Shown: positions 28,351 through 43,239 of the stretch, piece by piece
Layout of the letters: every line of letters begins with the position of its first letter
Position numbering within the stretch: position 1 is the stretch's first letter
Assembly: GCF_006345805.1 (NCBI RefSeq)
Contig: NC_042997.1
Location: 77,376,001-77,440,000 of the forward strand
Reading direction: 5' to 3'
From: Octopus sinensis
Taxonomy: Eukaryota
Length of the DNA: 64,000 bases
Translations under genes and position numbers: made by a program
The notes under the pieces: generated by a model
The model's input: the letters and a program-made list of their open reading frames with translations, nothing else
What the model was told of the DNA's origin: nothing
Databases searched by the model: none

Positions 28351-29819
28351 CTGAGTCACTATCAGAACTGGAGGAGAAGTTTCAGGGTGGAAGCAAGGAT
28401 TAGAATCGAAGGGCCTTACAATCAACCTAGCCAAAACCAAAGTCAAAATAAGTAGGAAGGTAGACCAATCACAAACGCCTTCAGGTAGAAACTCTATAAG
28501 GTGCACCAAGTGTAAGCTATGGACACATAAGAGGTGCAGCAATGTCAAAGGAAGGCTAACTAGGAAAATAGTTTTTGTCTGTGGCAGATGCTCAGGAGCA
28601 ATAAACACTGAAAATGTGCCGAGACCAACTTCTACCATGTTCCAGAGAGAAAAACTAGAAGTATTTGATAGCTTCCACTACCTAGGTGACCAAGTCAGTA
28701 GCAGGGGTGGGTGTGCTGAAAGTGTAACTGCTAGAGTAAGAATAGCCTGGGCAAAGTTTAGAGAGCTCTTACCTCTGCTGGTGACAAAAGGCCTCTCGCT
28801 CAGAGTAAAAGGCAGACTGTATGATGCATATGTACGTACAGCCATGCTACATGGTAGTGAAACATGAGCTGTGACTGCTGAGAATATGCGTAAGCTCACA
28901 AGAAATGAAGCCAGTATGCTCCGATGGATGTGTAATGTCAGTGTTCATAATCGACAGAGTGTAAGTACCTTGAGAGAAAAGTTGGACCTAAGAAGCATCA
29001 GTTGTGGTGTGCAAGAGAGACGTTTGTGCTGGTATGGTCATGTGACGAGAATGGCAGAAGATAGTTGTGTGCAAAGGTGCCACACCCTAGCAGTTGAGGG
29101 AACCTGTGGAAGAGGCAGACCCAGGAAAACCTGGGACGAGGTGGTGAAGCACGACCTTCGAACTTTAGGTCTCACCAAGGAAATGACTAGAGACCGAGAC
29201 CTATGGAAGTATGCTGTGCGTGAGAAGACCCGGCAAGACTAGTGAGACCATAACCCGTGGCCTCTACCTGGTATGTAGCCAGTCGACTTATACATACCTT
29301 TCCTTCTTGGGACACAAAACTCCATTTGTGAAGACCCGTTGAGGCAAGTGAAAATCAAAATCAAAATCAAACCAAATCAAATCAGAAAGCAAAACCAAAA
29401 TCGAAGTCGATCAACATCAATGGAAATTGCAGCTGTGATACCAGTGCCGGTGACAATTAAGCGAACCATCCGATCATGGCCGTTGCGAGCGCCGCCCCGA
29501 CTGGCCTCCGTGCCGGTGGCACGTAAAAAGCACCATCCATTCGTGGCCGTTGCCAGCCTCGCCTGGCCCCCGTGCCGGTGGCATGTAAAAAGCACCATCC
29601 ATCCGTAGCCGTTTGCCAGCTCCGTCTGGCACCTGTGCGGGTGGCACTTAAAAAGCACCCACTACACTCACGGAGTGGTTGGCGTTAGAAAGGGCATCCA
29701 GCCGTAGAAACACTGCCAGATCAGACTGGGCCTGATGCAGCCTTCTGGCTTCACAGACCCCAGTTGAACCGTCCAACCCATGCTAGCATGGAAAGCGGAC
29801 GCTAAATGATGATGTTGAT
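28351..29819 (+). mobile_element. RTE-clade LINE, 5'-truncated, same subfamily as 7387-9362
   Basis: Near-identical to 7975-9360; 36-bp deletion between AGGTAGA direct repeats near 28480; in-frame stop at 28865-28867; 3'UTR tandem array. Confidence 0.93.
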
Positions 29820-30309
29820 ATATATATATATATATGTATATGTATATATATACATATATATATGTATATATATACATATTTTTTTACTGTTTATATATAT
29901 ATTTTTTTACTGTTTCTATTTTTGTACTGTCATTACTGTCCTGTTTTTTTACCATTTTTTTACCATTTTTTTACCCCTCAGCGAAAAGATCTCAGAATTT
30001 TAATTGATTTGCTTTTCGCAGGAAGGAAAGTTTCTTGTCGAAGATACGTCTCTCTTTTATCCTTCGAAACGTAGAGTAGATGAAACCTTAGCGACTGAAG
30101 AAAGGGATTTTTCGTTGTGTTAACTGTCCTGTACTCCATTTTTTGTTGTTTTTAAAAAAATGTCCTGTTCCTTTGGTTTGTGTCTATGTTTTCGTTTCTC
30201 TTTGTGTTCGACGTCCCTTTCGTGTCCTGTACTCATATATGCGTGTATATGTACATGTAGAGGTAGGTACGTACATATATGTTTATATATATTCATGTTT
30301 TATTTCTTT

Positions 30310-30712
30310 TATTAATATACATATATATATACATATACATATACATATATATATACATATATATACATATATATACATATATATACATATATATACATAT
30401 TATACATATATATACATATATATACATATATACATATATATGCATATATATACATATATATATGCATATATATACATATAATATATACATATATTACATA
30501 TATATACATATATGCATATATATATCTATATATATAACATATATATATATACATATACATATATTATACATATATATATATACATTATATATATATATAC
30601 ATATATATATACTATATACATATACATTATATATATAATACATATATATATATACATATATATATATATATTACATATTATATACATATATATATACATA
30701 TATATATATACA
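30310..30712. repeat. (TA/TACA)n microsatellite
   Basis: Direct reading. Confidence 0.95.
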
Positions 30713-30837
30713 TAAATATTATATGTTAGAAATATTAAAGTTACTAAGTCTCTCTAAAAGTTTGTGTATCAAATAGCTAACTTAAGGCGATGGCCTCATG
30801 GAGCTAATAAGCGGTCAGCTTTGTTCTTTTTTATAAG

Positions 30838-30937
30838 NNNNNNNNNNNNNNNNNNNNNNNNNNNNNNNNNNNNNNNNNNNNNNNNNNNNNNNNNNNNNNN
30901 NNNNNNNNNNNNNNNNNNNNNNNNNNNNNNNNNNNNN
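30838..30937. other. Assembly gap (100 N)
   Basis: Exactly 100 Ns, typical of a gap of unknown size; order and distance across it are uncertain. Confidence 0.99.
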
Positions 30938-31000
<63 letters not shown>

Positions 31001-31001
<1 letters not shown>

Positions 31002-33392
31002 GCTGACCATGGTAGAGCTGACCATGTACGGGCCAAAGGAGAGCACGGACATGCAGCCTACAAGAAACCCTCAGAATCTTTCCAGCTTGAACTACCATAA
31101 GGCAGGCTGGAAGCGCATTGAGAAAGAGATCCTCAAACAAAACTGACCTAAATGTCTCTCCTCGCCAGACATCGACGTGAAACTTCAACAATTCATGTCT
31201 GTAATGCAAGCCATATGCTACAAATGTGTCCCAGAGAGAAAGGCCACTGTACACAAGAACAAAATCCCCAGAGAGAGGAAAATTTTAATGAGACGGCGTA
31301 CAAAAATTTCAAATCGCCTAAACAAACAAATTGAAAGCAGTGAAAAGTCCTGCCTGAAAATAAAACTGTTGGAAATCGAAAAATGTCTGCAACTCTCCCA
31401 TGAAAAGGAAAGAGCAGACAAAGAAGCCTGGGCTATAGACAACATAAAATCTAACCCCAGAACTTTCTACAGGTATGCCAAAGAAACAGCTACGGTGCAG
31501 TGTAGGATAGGGCCACTCCTTGAAAAGGATGGCACACTCACAGGGAAACCAATGAGGGTAAGTGAAATACTGTATGAGCAATTCAAGAGTGTTTTCACTC
31601 CACCCCTTGGGCATTTCCAAATCACCAATCCAACTGACTTCTTTACCACTGCAGATATAAAATCAGAGGTGGCGACGATAAATTACATCGATATAAAGGA
31701 AGACGATGTAACCAAGGCTATAGATGAAATGAAAACAGACTCAGCTACTGGCCCCGATGGATTCCCGGCAATCCTCCTAAAAGTATGTAAGAGAGTCCTA
31801 GCAAGACCACTGCAGCTCCTCTTTCAGAGCTTCCTTGCAGCTGGCAAACTCCCAAGAAAACTGAAGGAAGGTAAAATATGCCCTATTCATAAAGGAGGTA
31901 GCAGAGCGGAGGCCAAGAACTACAGACCTATCTCTCTGACCTCACACATCAGCAAGGTCATGGAACGAATAGTCAGAAGGAAACTGATCACCTTCCTTGA
32001 AGAAAATGACTTGCTGCCCGACACCCAACATGGTTTCCGACCAGGGAGAAGCTGTTTAACTCAGCTCCTACAACACTATGACTGGGTGCTGAAACGACTG
32101 CTCAACCACTCAAATGTGGAAGTGATATATCTCGACTTTGCAAAGCCCTTTGCTATAGTCGATCATGGAATGATATGTCACAAACTGCGTGATCTCAACA
32201 TAGTTGGAAAACTGGGAGAATGGCTTCATGACTTTCTGAAAGATAGAAGTCAGGTGGTAGTAGCCAATAGGGCCACTTCCATTAACACGCAAATAGTGAG
32301 CGGTGTTCCGCAGGGCACTGTTTTAGGACCACTACTGTTCATAATGGCCCTCTCAGACATGCCCTCAGCCACGCAGAGAGCCACGATCACAAGTTATGCA
32401 GATGATACAAAAGTTTCACAGGCAATACAGAACCCTGAGGACACTAAACGCCTGCAATGTGAGCTGGACAAAATATACAAGTGGGCTGAAAAGAATAGCA
32501 TGCAGTTCAATGCTGAAAAGTTTCGAGCTTTATACTATCAGCATGCAAAACTAAATGCAATACCCAATGAATACACTGGACCCGGAGGAATTGCAATCCC
32601 AGAGGCACAATCAGTGCGTGACCTGGGTATTTACATGAGTGATGACGCAACCTTTCGTGTACATGTTGCTAAATTGGCAATGAAATGTAGACGACTGGCC
32701 GGATGGATTCTCAGAACCTTTAGAACAAGAGAACAAGAACCCATGATGGCCCTCTGTTATGGTCACCATCCAGTGTCAAGTTGATCACAGAACTTGGTCA
32801 CCATCCAGTGTCAAGTTGATCACAGAACTTGAAACGATCCAACGTAGCTACACGAAGAAGATAGCCTCTATGCAGAATGTAAGCTACTGGGAAAGACTGA
32901 AGAGATTAAAACTATATTCCTTGGAGCGTAGGCGGGAAAGATATGCCATAATATACATCTGGAAGATCCTGGAGGGACTTGTTCCAAATTTTGGCATCGA
33001 GAGTTACACAAATGCCAGAACTGGGTGCCACTGCGTGGTGCCTAGGACTCCAAATTTGCCATCAAGATGTAGGACAAGATACTGTGATAGCCTGGGCTTC
33101 CGAGGCCCACAGCTCTTCAATATCCTCCCGAAGAACCTAAGAGACCTGCATGGGGTGGATGCAGATGTCTTTAAAATGAAACTGGATCTCTTCCTGTCAG
33201 GTATCCCAGATGAACCAACTTCAAGGCAGGAGGTGCAGATGAGGGCAGCTGCATCGAACTCTCTCATGCACCAAATGGCAGTTGCTAAAAAGCTTTCGTG
33301 AAGTAAAACCATGTAGCAACACCAAATGGCGGTGCCCCAGCATGGCCACAGCTCATGAGCTGAAACTAGAATCAATCAATCAATCAATCAAT
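31001..33392 (+). mobile_element. CR1/L2-group LINE, RT to 3' end with (ATCA)n tail
   Basis: YRPISLTSHISKVMERIV, QHGFRPGRSC, GVPQGTVLGPLLF, YADDTK, YSLERRRER, FKMKLDLFLSGIPDEP. LDFAKAFD is mutated to LDFAKPFA; a 35-bp tandem duplication (32761-32830) shifts the frame. Confidence 0.9.
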
Positions 33393-33439
33393 ATATATAT
33401 ATATATATGTGTGTATATATATATATATAATGTAATAAT

Positions 33440-34098
33440 TTATATAATGTAATAATTTGAATTCGCCTTAAATGGTCCCTTTGCATACTGAATACTTGGT
33501 GAAATTGATTAATTAATTAATTTTACCCTCAATTGTTGAAATTATAATTCATCTCTCTCTATATAATGCCGCGGATTTTACCGAAAAAAGCATAGTGTTT
33601 ACTGATTTTAGCCCACGCTGGTGGAAAGGGGAGAGCAGAAATTCTTCGCTTGCATTTTTGAGTTTGTTGGCACTGTTAGTTACGAACAGATCTTCAGAAG
33701 CGAGAGGAAGCCGAAAGGGTATGCTCCTACTTTCAGTGTTTTCAAATCCAAACCAGGGAGTTCTGAGCTGATGATAGAAATGTCGGATTTTGACTAATCT
33801 TGAAACGTACGTTCTCAAATAACCTTTGCACTTGATTTTTTAATGTCTCTACCCCCATATTTGCGTGAGTTGAATTGAGCAAACACTATATGAGAGAGGT
33901 TTTCTTTAAGTATTGGAAATAGTTTTAAAAAAAGTTTTTTTTAGCTGCTATTTCTAATGAGTTCAGTATGCGGCAAAGTAATTTATTTTACTAAGCCCTT
34001 TTATATAATGTAATAATTTGAATTCGCCTTAAATGGTCCCTTTGCATACTGAATACTTGGTGAAATTGATTAATTAATTAATTTTACCTCAATTGTTG

Positions 34099-34102
<4 letters not shown>
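33440..34102 (+). mobile_element. Retrozyme / Penelope pseudo-LTR-like element: 561-bp unit with ~103-bp terminal direct repeat
   Basis: 33440-33542 repeats at 34001-34102 with one indel; central HHR; no credible ORF; flanked by (TA)n. Confidence 0.6.
33764..33817 (+). ncRNA. Type I hammerhead ribozyme
   Basis: TGAG | CTGATGA | t-AGA-aat-GTC-ggatttt-GAC-taa-TCT-t | GAAA | C-GTAC-GT | T | CTCA. Canonical core; palindromic stem III ACGTACGT; GUU triplet with cleavage after 33813. Confidence 0.72.
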
Positions 34103-34187
<85 letters not shown>

Positions 34188-34204
34188 ATATATGCATGCA
34201 TATA

Positions 34205-34375
34205 GGCGCAGGAGTGGCTGTGTGGTAAGTAGCTTGCTTACGAACCACATGGTTCCGAGTTCAGTACCACTGCGTGGCATCTTGGGTAAGTGTCTTCTGC
34301 TATAGCCCCGGGCTGACCAAAGCCTTGTGAGTGGATTTGGTAGACGGAAACTGAAAGATGCCTGTCGTATATATG

Positions 34376-34406
<31 letters not shown>

Positions 34407-34583
34407 ATGTGTTTGTCCCCCTAGCATTGCTTGACAACCGATACTGGTGTATCTCCATCAATTAGACCGATAGAATAAGTACTGGGCTTACAAAGAATAA
34501 GTCCTGGGGTCGATTTGCTCGACTAAAGGCGGAGCTCCAGCATGGCCACAGTAAAATGACTGAAACAAGTAAAAGAGTAAAAG

Positions 34584-34584
<1 letters not shown>
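34205..34584 (+). mobile_element. tRNA-derived SINE family A
   Basis: A box TGGCTGTGTGG and B box GTTCAGTACC; internal TA/TG microsatellite; 3' tail shared with the CR1-group LINE. Other copies: 20812-21156(-), 26277-26450(+, partial), 26750-27021(-), 60570-60971(+), 62930-63299(+). Confidence 0.85.
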
Positions 34585-34616
<32 letters not shown>

Positions 34617-34651
34617 TATATATATACATGCATATGTATATATATATATAT

Positions 34652-35266
34652 ATCGTGACGTATTTTTGCCATTTCAATATGGCTAACCCCTAAGGGTGGA
34701 TGCTACTGTAGTTTTTAGCCCCAGGAGGACACACTATCTGTGTCCTGTCAGTATTTGCAAAGGGAAGTCATCCTTCCCGTCTTCAGGAGTGTGTCCTCCT
34801 GGGGCTAAAAACTACAGTAGCATCCACCCTTAGGGGTTAGCCATATTGAAATGGCAAAAATACGTCACGATGTGTTACCGCTACTGTATATAACTCACTT
34901 TGATATTTATCATTGTTTGATTTCACTTTTTCAATATCAGCGACAGTGGACGCTGGAAAAAGTATAAGTATTTGTGAAGGAAATCTAATTCTCGGCGACA
35001 ACTATGATTGTCACACGTTGACGAGAGGTCAATACCTCGAAACTCGAGTCCGTGTGTATCATAAGTTGAAGACAGGAAGGATGACTTCCCTTTGCAAATA
35101 CTGACAGGACACAGATAGTGTGTCTATGGCCAGCTGGAGGAGTGTGTCCTCCTGGGGCTAAAAACTACAGTAGCATCCACCCTTAGGGGTTAGCCATATT
35201 GAAATGGCAAAAATATGTCACGATGTGTTACCGCTACTGTATATAACTCACTTTGATATTTATCAT
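34652..35266 (+). mobile_element. Retrozyme / Penelope pseudo-LTR-like element: 353-bp unit with terminal direct repeat and a 5' inverted segment
   Basis: 34785-34913 repeats at 35138-35266 (period 353). 34652-34785 is an inverted copy of the unit junction lacking 24 bp. One HHR per unit; no ORF. Confidence 0.65.
35003..35063 (+). ncRNA. Type I hammerhead ribozyme (extended, U3 variant)
   Basis: TATGAT-tgt-CACACG | TTGACGA | GAGG-TCAATA-CCTC | GAAA | C-TCGA-GT | C | CGTGTG-t-ATCATA. All three helices pair; GUC triplet with cleavage after 35050; palindromic stem III ACTCGAGT. Confidence 0.8.
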
Positions 35267-39365
<4,099 letters not shown>

Positions 39366-39450
39366 GTAGGTCCCGGGTTGAGTCGGGGTTAACCACAGTA
39401 AATAAGGTACTCAATACATAGCAGAGTAAAGTAATTTATATTATAGAAGG

Positions 39451-39501
39451 AGCTTCTACAGGACTAGAACTGTTTCATTCAGATGAAATCTTCAGGAAGC
39501 T
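39451..39501 (-). ncRNA. Type I hammerhead ribozyme (left arm; sense to GPR107 pre-mRNA)
   Basis: Exact reverse complement of 39833-39883. Confidence 0.7.
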
Positions 39502-39832
39502 GGCTGTCAAAATAAGTTCTGGTATTTATGCATTTAGTCAGATTTAATGGAGTGGTGGTGGGGGACGTTTTTGGGTACATTGGTATTTAGGAGATAAACA
39601 GGGCACAAGCTATTGTTCTTAGGGGAGTGGTCAAAAGGCCAGAGTGTTTTTGAAATGATTCTTCTGATTCTTCTCATTTCAAAAAACACTCTGGCCTTTT
39701 GACCACTCTCCTAAGAACAATAGCTTGTGCCCTGTTTATCTCCTAAATACCAATGTACCCAAAAAACGTCCCCCACCACTACTCCATTAAATCTGCCTAA
39801 ATGCATAAATACCAGAACTTATTTTGACAGCC

Positions 39833-39883
39833 AGCTTCCTGAAGATTTCATCTGAATGAAACAGTTCTAGTCCTGTAGAAGCT
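39833..39883 (+). ncRNA. Type I hammerhead ribozyme (right arm of inverted repeat)
   Basis: AGCTTC | CTGAAGA | t-TTC-atct-GAA-t | GAA | ACAG-ttctagtc-CTGT | A | GAAGCT. GUA triplet with cleavage after 39877; short 3-bp stem II. Confidence 0.7.
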
Positions 39884-39925
39884 CCTTCTATAAAATAAAA
39901 AAAAAAAAAATATATATATATATAT

Positions 39926-41112
39926 TGTTACGAGGTGGGGGACATCCGATTCGAACTGTTACGGAAATCCTCACACAGCCCATTCGATGCAGCGAATAAG
40001 CCACGGAAACTCGTCGGAGAGAGGAGAGAGAGAAGATATACACAACCGCAGCAAGGCAACAGAGAGAGACACCAAAGAGGCAAGGCACAACTGGCTTACA
40101 TTCAACAACTAGTTTATATGACAATCAATTGTTACACATCAAGTACATTTAAAGGAAACATGCACGTGACAACTCAATACATCTCCACAACAGATCAAAG
40201 CATTTAAAGGAAACATGCAAGTAACAAAATAACAGTCCGGTAACGACACAACAAGTCATATACAGTATTTCAAAGGTACACGTCCGAAGACAGTTCTTTT
40301 TTCAAATCACATCAACAGATAACGTTCACAGTTATTTATAATCTTTTTCTACACATATCAACACAATTCAGAACATAAATACCACAACTCAATAATCGAC
40401 ACATCGACAAGTCCTCTACTCAATTCACAATGTTCTTTATCGACTACATCAGAGTCCTTCTTTTTCTCTCTTCTTTCTCTTCTTTTCTTTTACATCGTGA
40501 CACGTATCAATACATAATCAAATACCTTAATTCCTAATTGAATCGCCAGTGTCCCATATTGCACTCCATCTCTCTCTCAATACTGCTAACTCCAGCTCGC
40601 CAAGCTCCTGAATCCAGCCGCTTGCTCCTAAGGTTCCAACTACTCCCTTTGACTTCCAGAATCCGACTGTCCTCTTTGAGGACCGACTACCAACTCCCCA
40701 AAACCTCACTTCCTCTTTCCCTTCCCACTGCCCTCATCTCCCTCTGTCTCTACTGCTTATACCCTCTCTATCTGCCCTGGTCCCTAACTGCCTATCTCTA
40801 TCGCCTGCTGCTGCTACCCTCTCATGACAGCTCTGCCATTCTCTCTGCCTGTCCTTCTCTGCCCCCCTCATCCTCTCTCACTGCTAATATCCTCTCTATC
40901 TGCTCTCAGCCCTTACTCTATCTTTTTCTCACTACTGCTAGATTCTTCCTCACATCTCACTAACCCCTAATCGACCGCACAAGGTCAAGAGGTCCCTCCA
41001 AAACCCCATTAATCTCCCAGTAAACAAAGGACTGTCTCTTTTCTTCCAGTCCTGCCGGCACCATCATTCACAAAGTGGGTCACCAAGAAATGCACTGGCC
41101 AAACTCATAACA
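39926..41112. mobile_element. Putative solo LTR (1187 bp)
   Basis: TGTTA...TAACA termini with ATAT on both sides; no coding capacity. Confidence 0.55.
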
Positions 41113-41126
41113 ATATATATATATAT

Positions 41127-43239
41127 TGTTATGGGATCCCCGCCGAAAGCTGCTACGGAATCCCACCTGCCGTCGCCCGCATCACTCGAAACCGGGATCC
41201 CAACAAGTCGAGCGACGACGATTGACCAGGCTCGAATCGATCGGCGAATGTTCGCCACGGAACTCGGAGAGAGACAACAAGTACAACAACAGCTGCAGGA
41301 AGAGACACAGAGGCACAAAGAAACACAGCGGAGGGCAATTGGCTTACATTTAACGTACTAGTTTATATGACTATTACAACATCATGTACATATCAGATAC
41401 ATCAAAGAGGAAATACATGCAAGTAACAACACATCAAATGCAAAAACAACAGCATTTCAAGAAAACAACAAATCAAGAAACAGGTATACAACAGATCAAA
41501 GCATTTAAACATGCAGATACAATATACAGTCCGGAGACAACAGTTCTGTTTCAAATCACATTAACGTTACATTTCAAAGGACATTAAATATACAGTTCAA
41601 TGTTCATATACAGTTCAATGTTCATTAACCCTTTCGTTACTATATTTCTGACCAAAATGTGTTTCAATTAATTTCTAACGTAATCATAAATTTAGTCTGG
41701 TTTCATTAAACAACTATAACTTTTTTATTTATCAATATCTTAATCTGATTTTTGGAAGATAATTTAATGAAATATTCTCAACCAATTCTATACTATAATT
41801 TTTGTCACAAAGTGACTCTAATTGCAGGTAGATACAGGTAAATTCAACAAAATATAAAATTAAAATTTTGTTCAAACATCGCTATAGAAAATGGGTTATT
41901 AGCTAATATTCAATTGGGTATACAACAAAATTTTACGATAGAATTTGTTATTCTGGGTAACTTTCTGATACCCATAATAATATTTACGGCAAAATAGTCT
42001 TAATTTCATTTAAGGTTATGGGAAACCACAAACTATCGTTTCTTTTGCTTTGTTTACGTTTAGCGTAACGGTTCGTTTTCGCCGTAATGATTTCAAATAG
42101 GCTCATTCGAAAAAGTAAAAAGAAATAGTCTAAGGCTTTACTCCTCTGGGAAAGTCTGTGGCTTGGTCCAGTTTCTTCAGAAAAATCACCGAAAGAAACA
42201 GTTTTTAAATTTTCACTCCATTCAGGTGCCAATTCGTTTTCTTTATCGCTGTCGGAGCTCTCGAATTCACTGTTTTCACTTTCGGAAAATATAACATCAG
42301 ATTCATTATCAAATACCATGTGCTTTTTTTTTCAGTCATAGAGTTAGATTTATGAAGGTCTTCAGTAGAAAATCCTTCGAATTCTGACTCGCTGCTTGAT
42401 ATAATGAAATTCGTATCCATTTTTTGTCAGAATTACAAATTTTGAAAACACAATAGGAACAAATTTCGGAAAAAAATCTCTCAAAATTCACGGAATTAAA
42501 ATTACACTTCGATTATTGTACAAAACTGTAAGTTGAACTGTTTACGAAGTATAATACGTGTTTTCACGAATGTACTAAAGAGATTTGCTCTGATATTCTC
42601 ATTTAAATATGAATAGGTAAATTCAGGCGGCTTTGGGCGGTTTGGTTACATTAACCAAAATTTTTTTCGGGCGGCTTTGGGCGGTTTGGTTACATTAACC
42701 AAAATTCTTTTCGGGCGGCTTTGGGCGGTTTGGTAACGAAAGGGTTAAAGACTACAACAGAGTCTCTCTCTTTCTTTAACAGTTCTGTAACACATATCAA
42801 CACAGTTCACGTTGTCTCATTTCTTTTCCAGCCTTTATAACACATCGACAAGTCCTTTACTCAATTCACATATCAATACAACAATTCACGTACCGTTACA
42901 TCAGCCACTGCCTCATATTGTAGTTCCTCTCTATTAGCTGCCTAATCCTCTGTATATCCCTCTCTGTCACAGCAGAACAAACCATTACTAACTCGCTGTA
43001 CAATCCCAAACTGCTAAATCCAACTGCCAACCGCTTGCCTTGAATACCAAATCCTGACTGTCTCTCACACTCACAAACTGAACTGCTTACTTAAGGGGGC
43101 AGCCCTCAAATGAACCCTAATTCACCCGAAGGGGTCGGGGAGTTTCCCCAGAGCTAATTAATCAACCCGCATCTGGCAGAACAATGGATTCATTGCCAAA
43201 AGTAGGTCGCCGGCTCTGTCCTTAAGTTGAACCACAACA
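41127..43239. mobile_element. Second, related putative solo LTR (~993 bp) interrupted by piggyBac
   Basis: TGTT...AACA termini and ATAT flanks; shares blocks with 39926-41112 (GGCTTACATT..ACTAGTTTATATGAC, CACATCGACAAGTCCT.TACTCAATTCACA) but is clearly diverged. Confidence 0.55.
41629..42744 (-). mobile_element. Non-autonomous piggyBac element (1116 bp)
   Basis: TTAA|CCCTTTCGTTAC...GTAACGAAAGGG|TTAA. Internal PGBD-like N-terminal relic (FSEETGPS...LDYFFLLF...TNRYA...WFPITLNEIK). 44-bp subterminal repeat x2.5 at 42626-42740. Confidence 0.9.

Larger units (their letters stand above)
39441..39893. repeat. Long inverted repeat (~218-bp arms, 15-bp spacer), each arm carrying an HHR
   Basis: 39441-39658 is the reverse complement of 39674-39893 with about 4 differences; spacer TTCTTCTGATTCTTC. 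Confidence 0.95.

Noticed and set aside
29440-29660. Repeat-spacer appearance resembling a CRISPR array
   Set aside because: The spacers are similar to one another, the array lies in an RTE 3'UTR, and the context is eukaryotic with no cas genes.
30030-30110. TATCCTTC-GAAACGTA ... CTGAAGA-AAGGGAT, suggestive of a type II or permuted hammerhead
   Set aside because: Stem I cannot be paired in any register I tried; probably a decayed Penelope-type terminal repeat.
30715-30837. Short segment before the gap that looked mitochondrial (NUMT)
   Set aside because: No frame gave a recognisable mitochondrial protein or RNA under the invertebrate code; would need BLAST.
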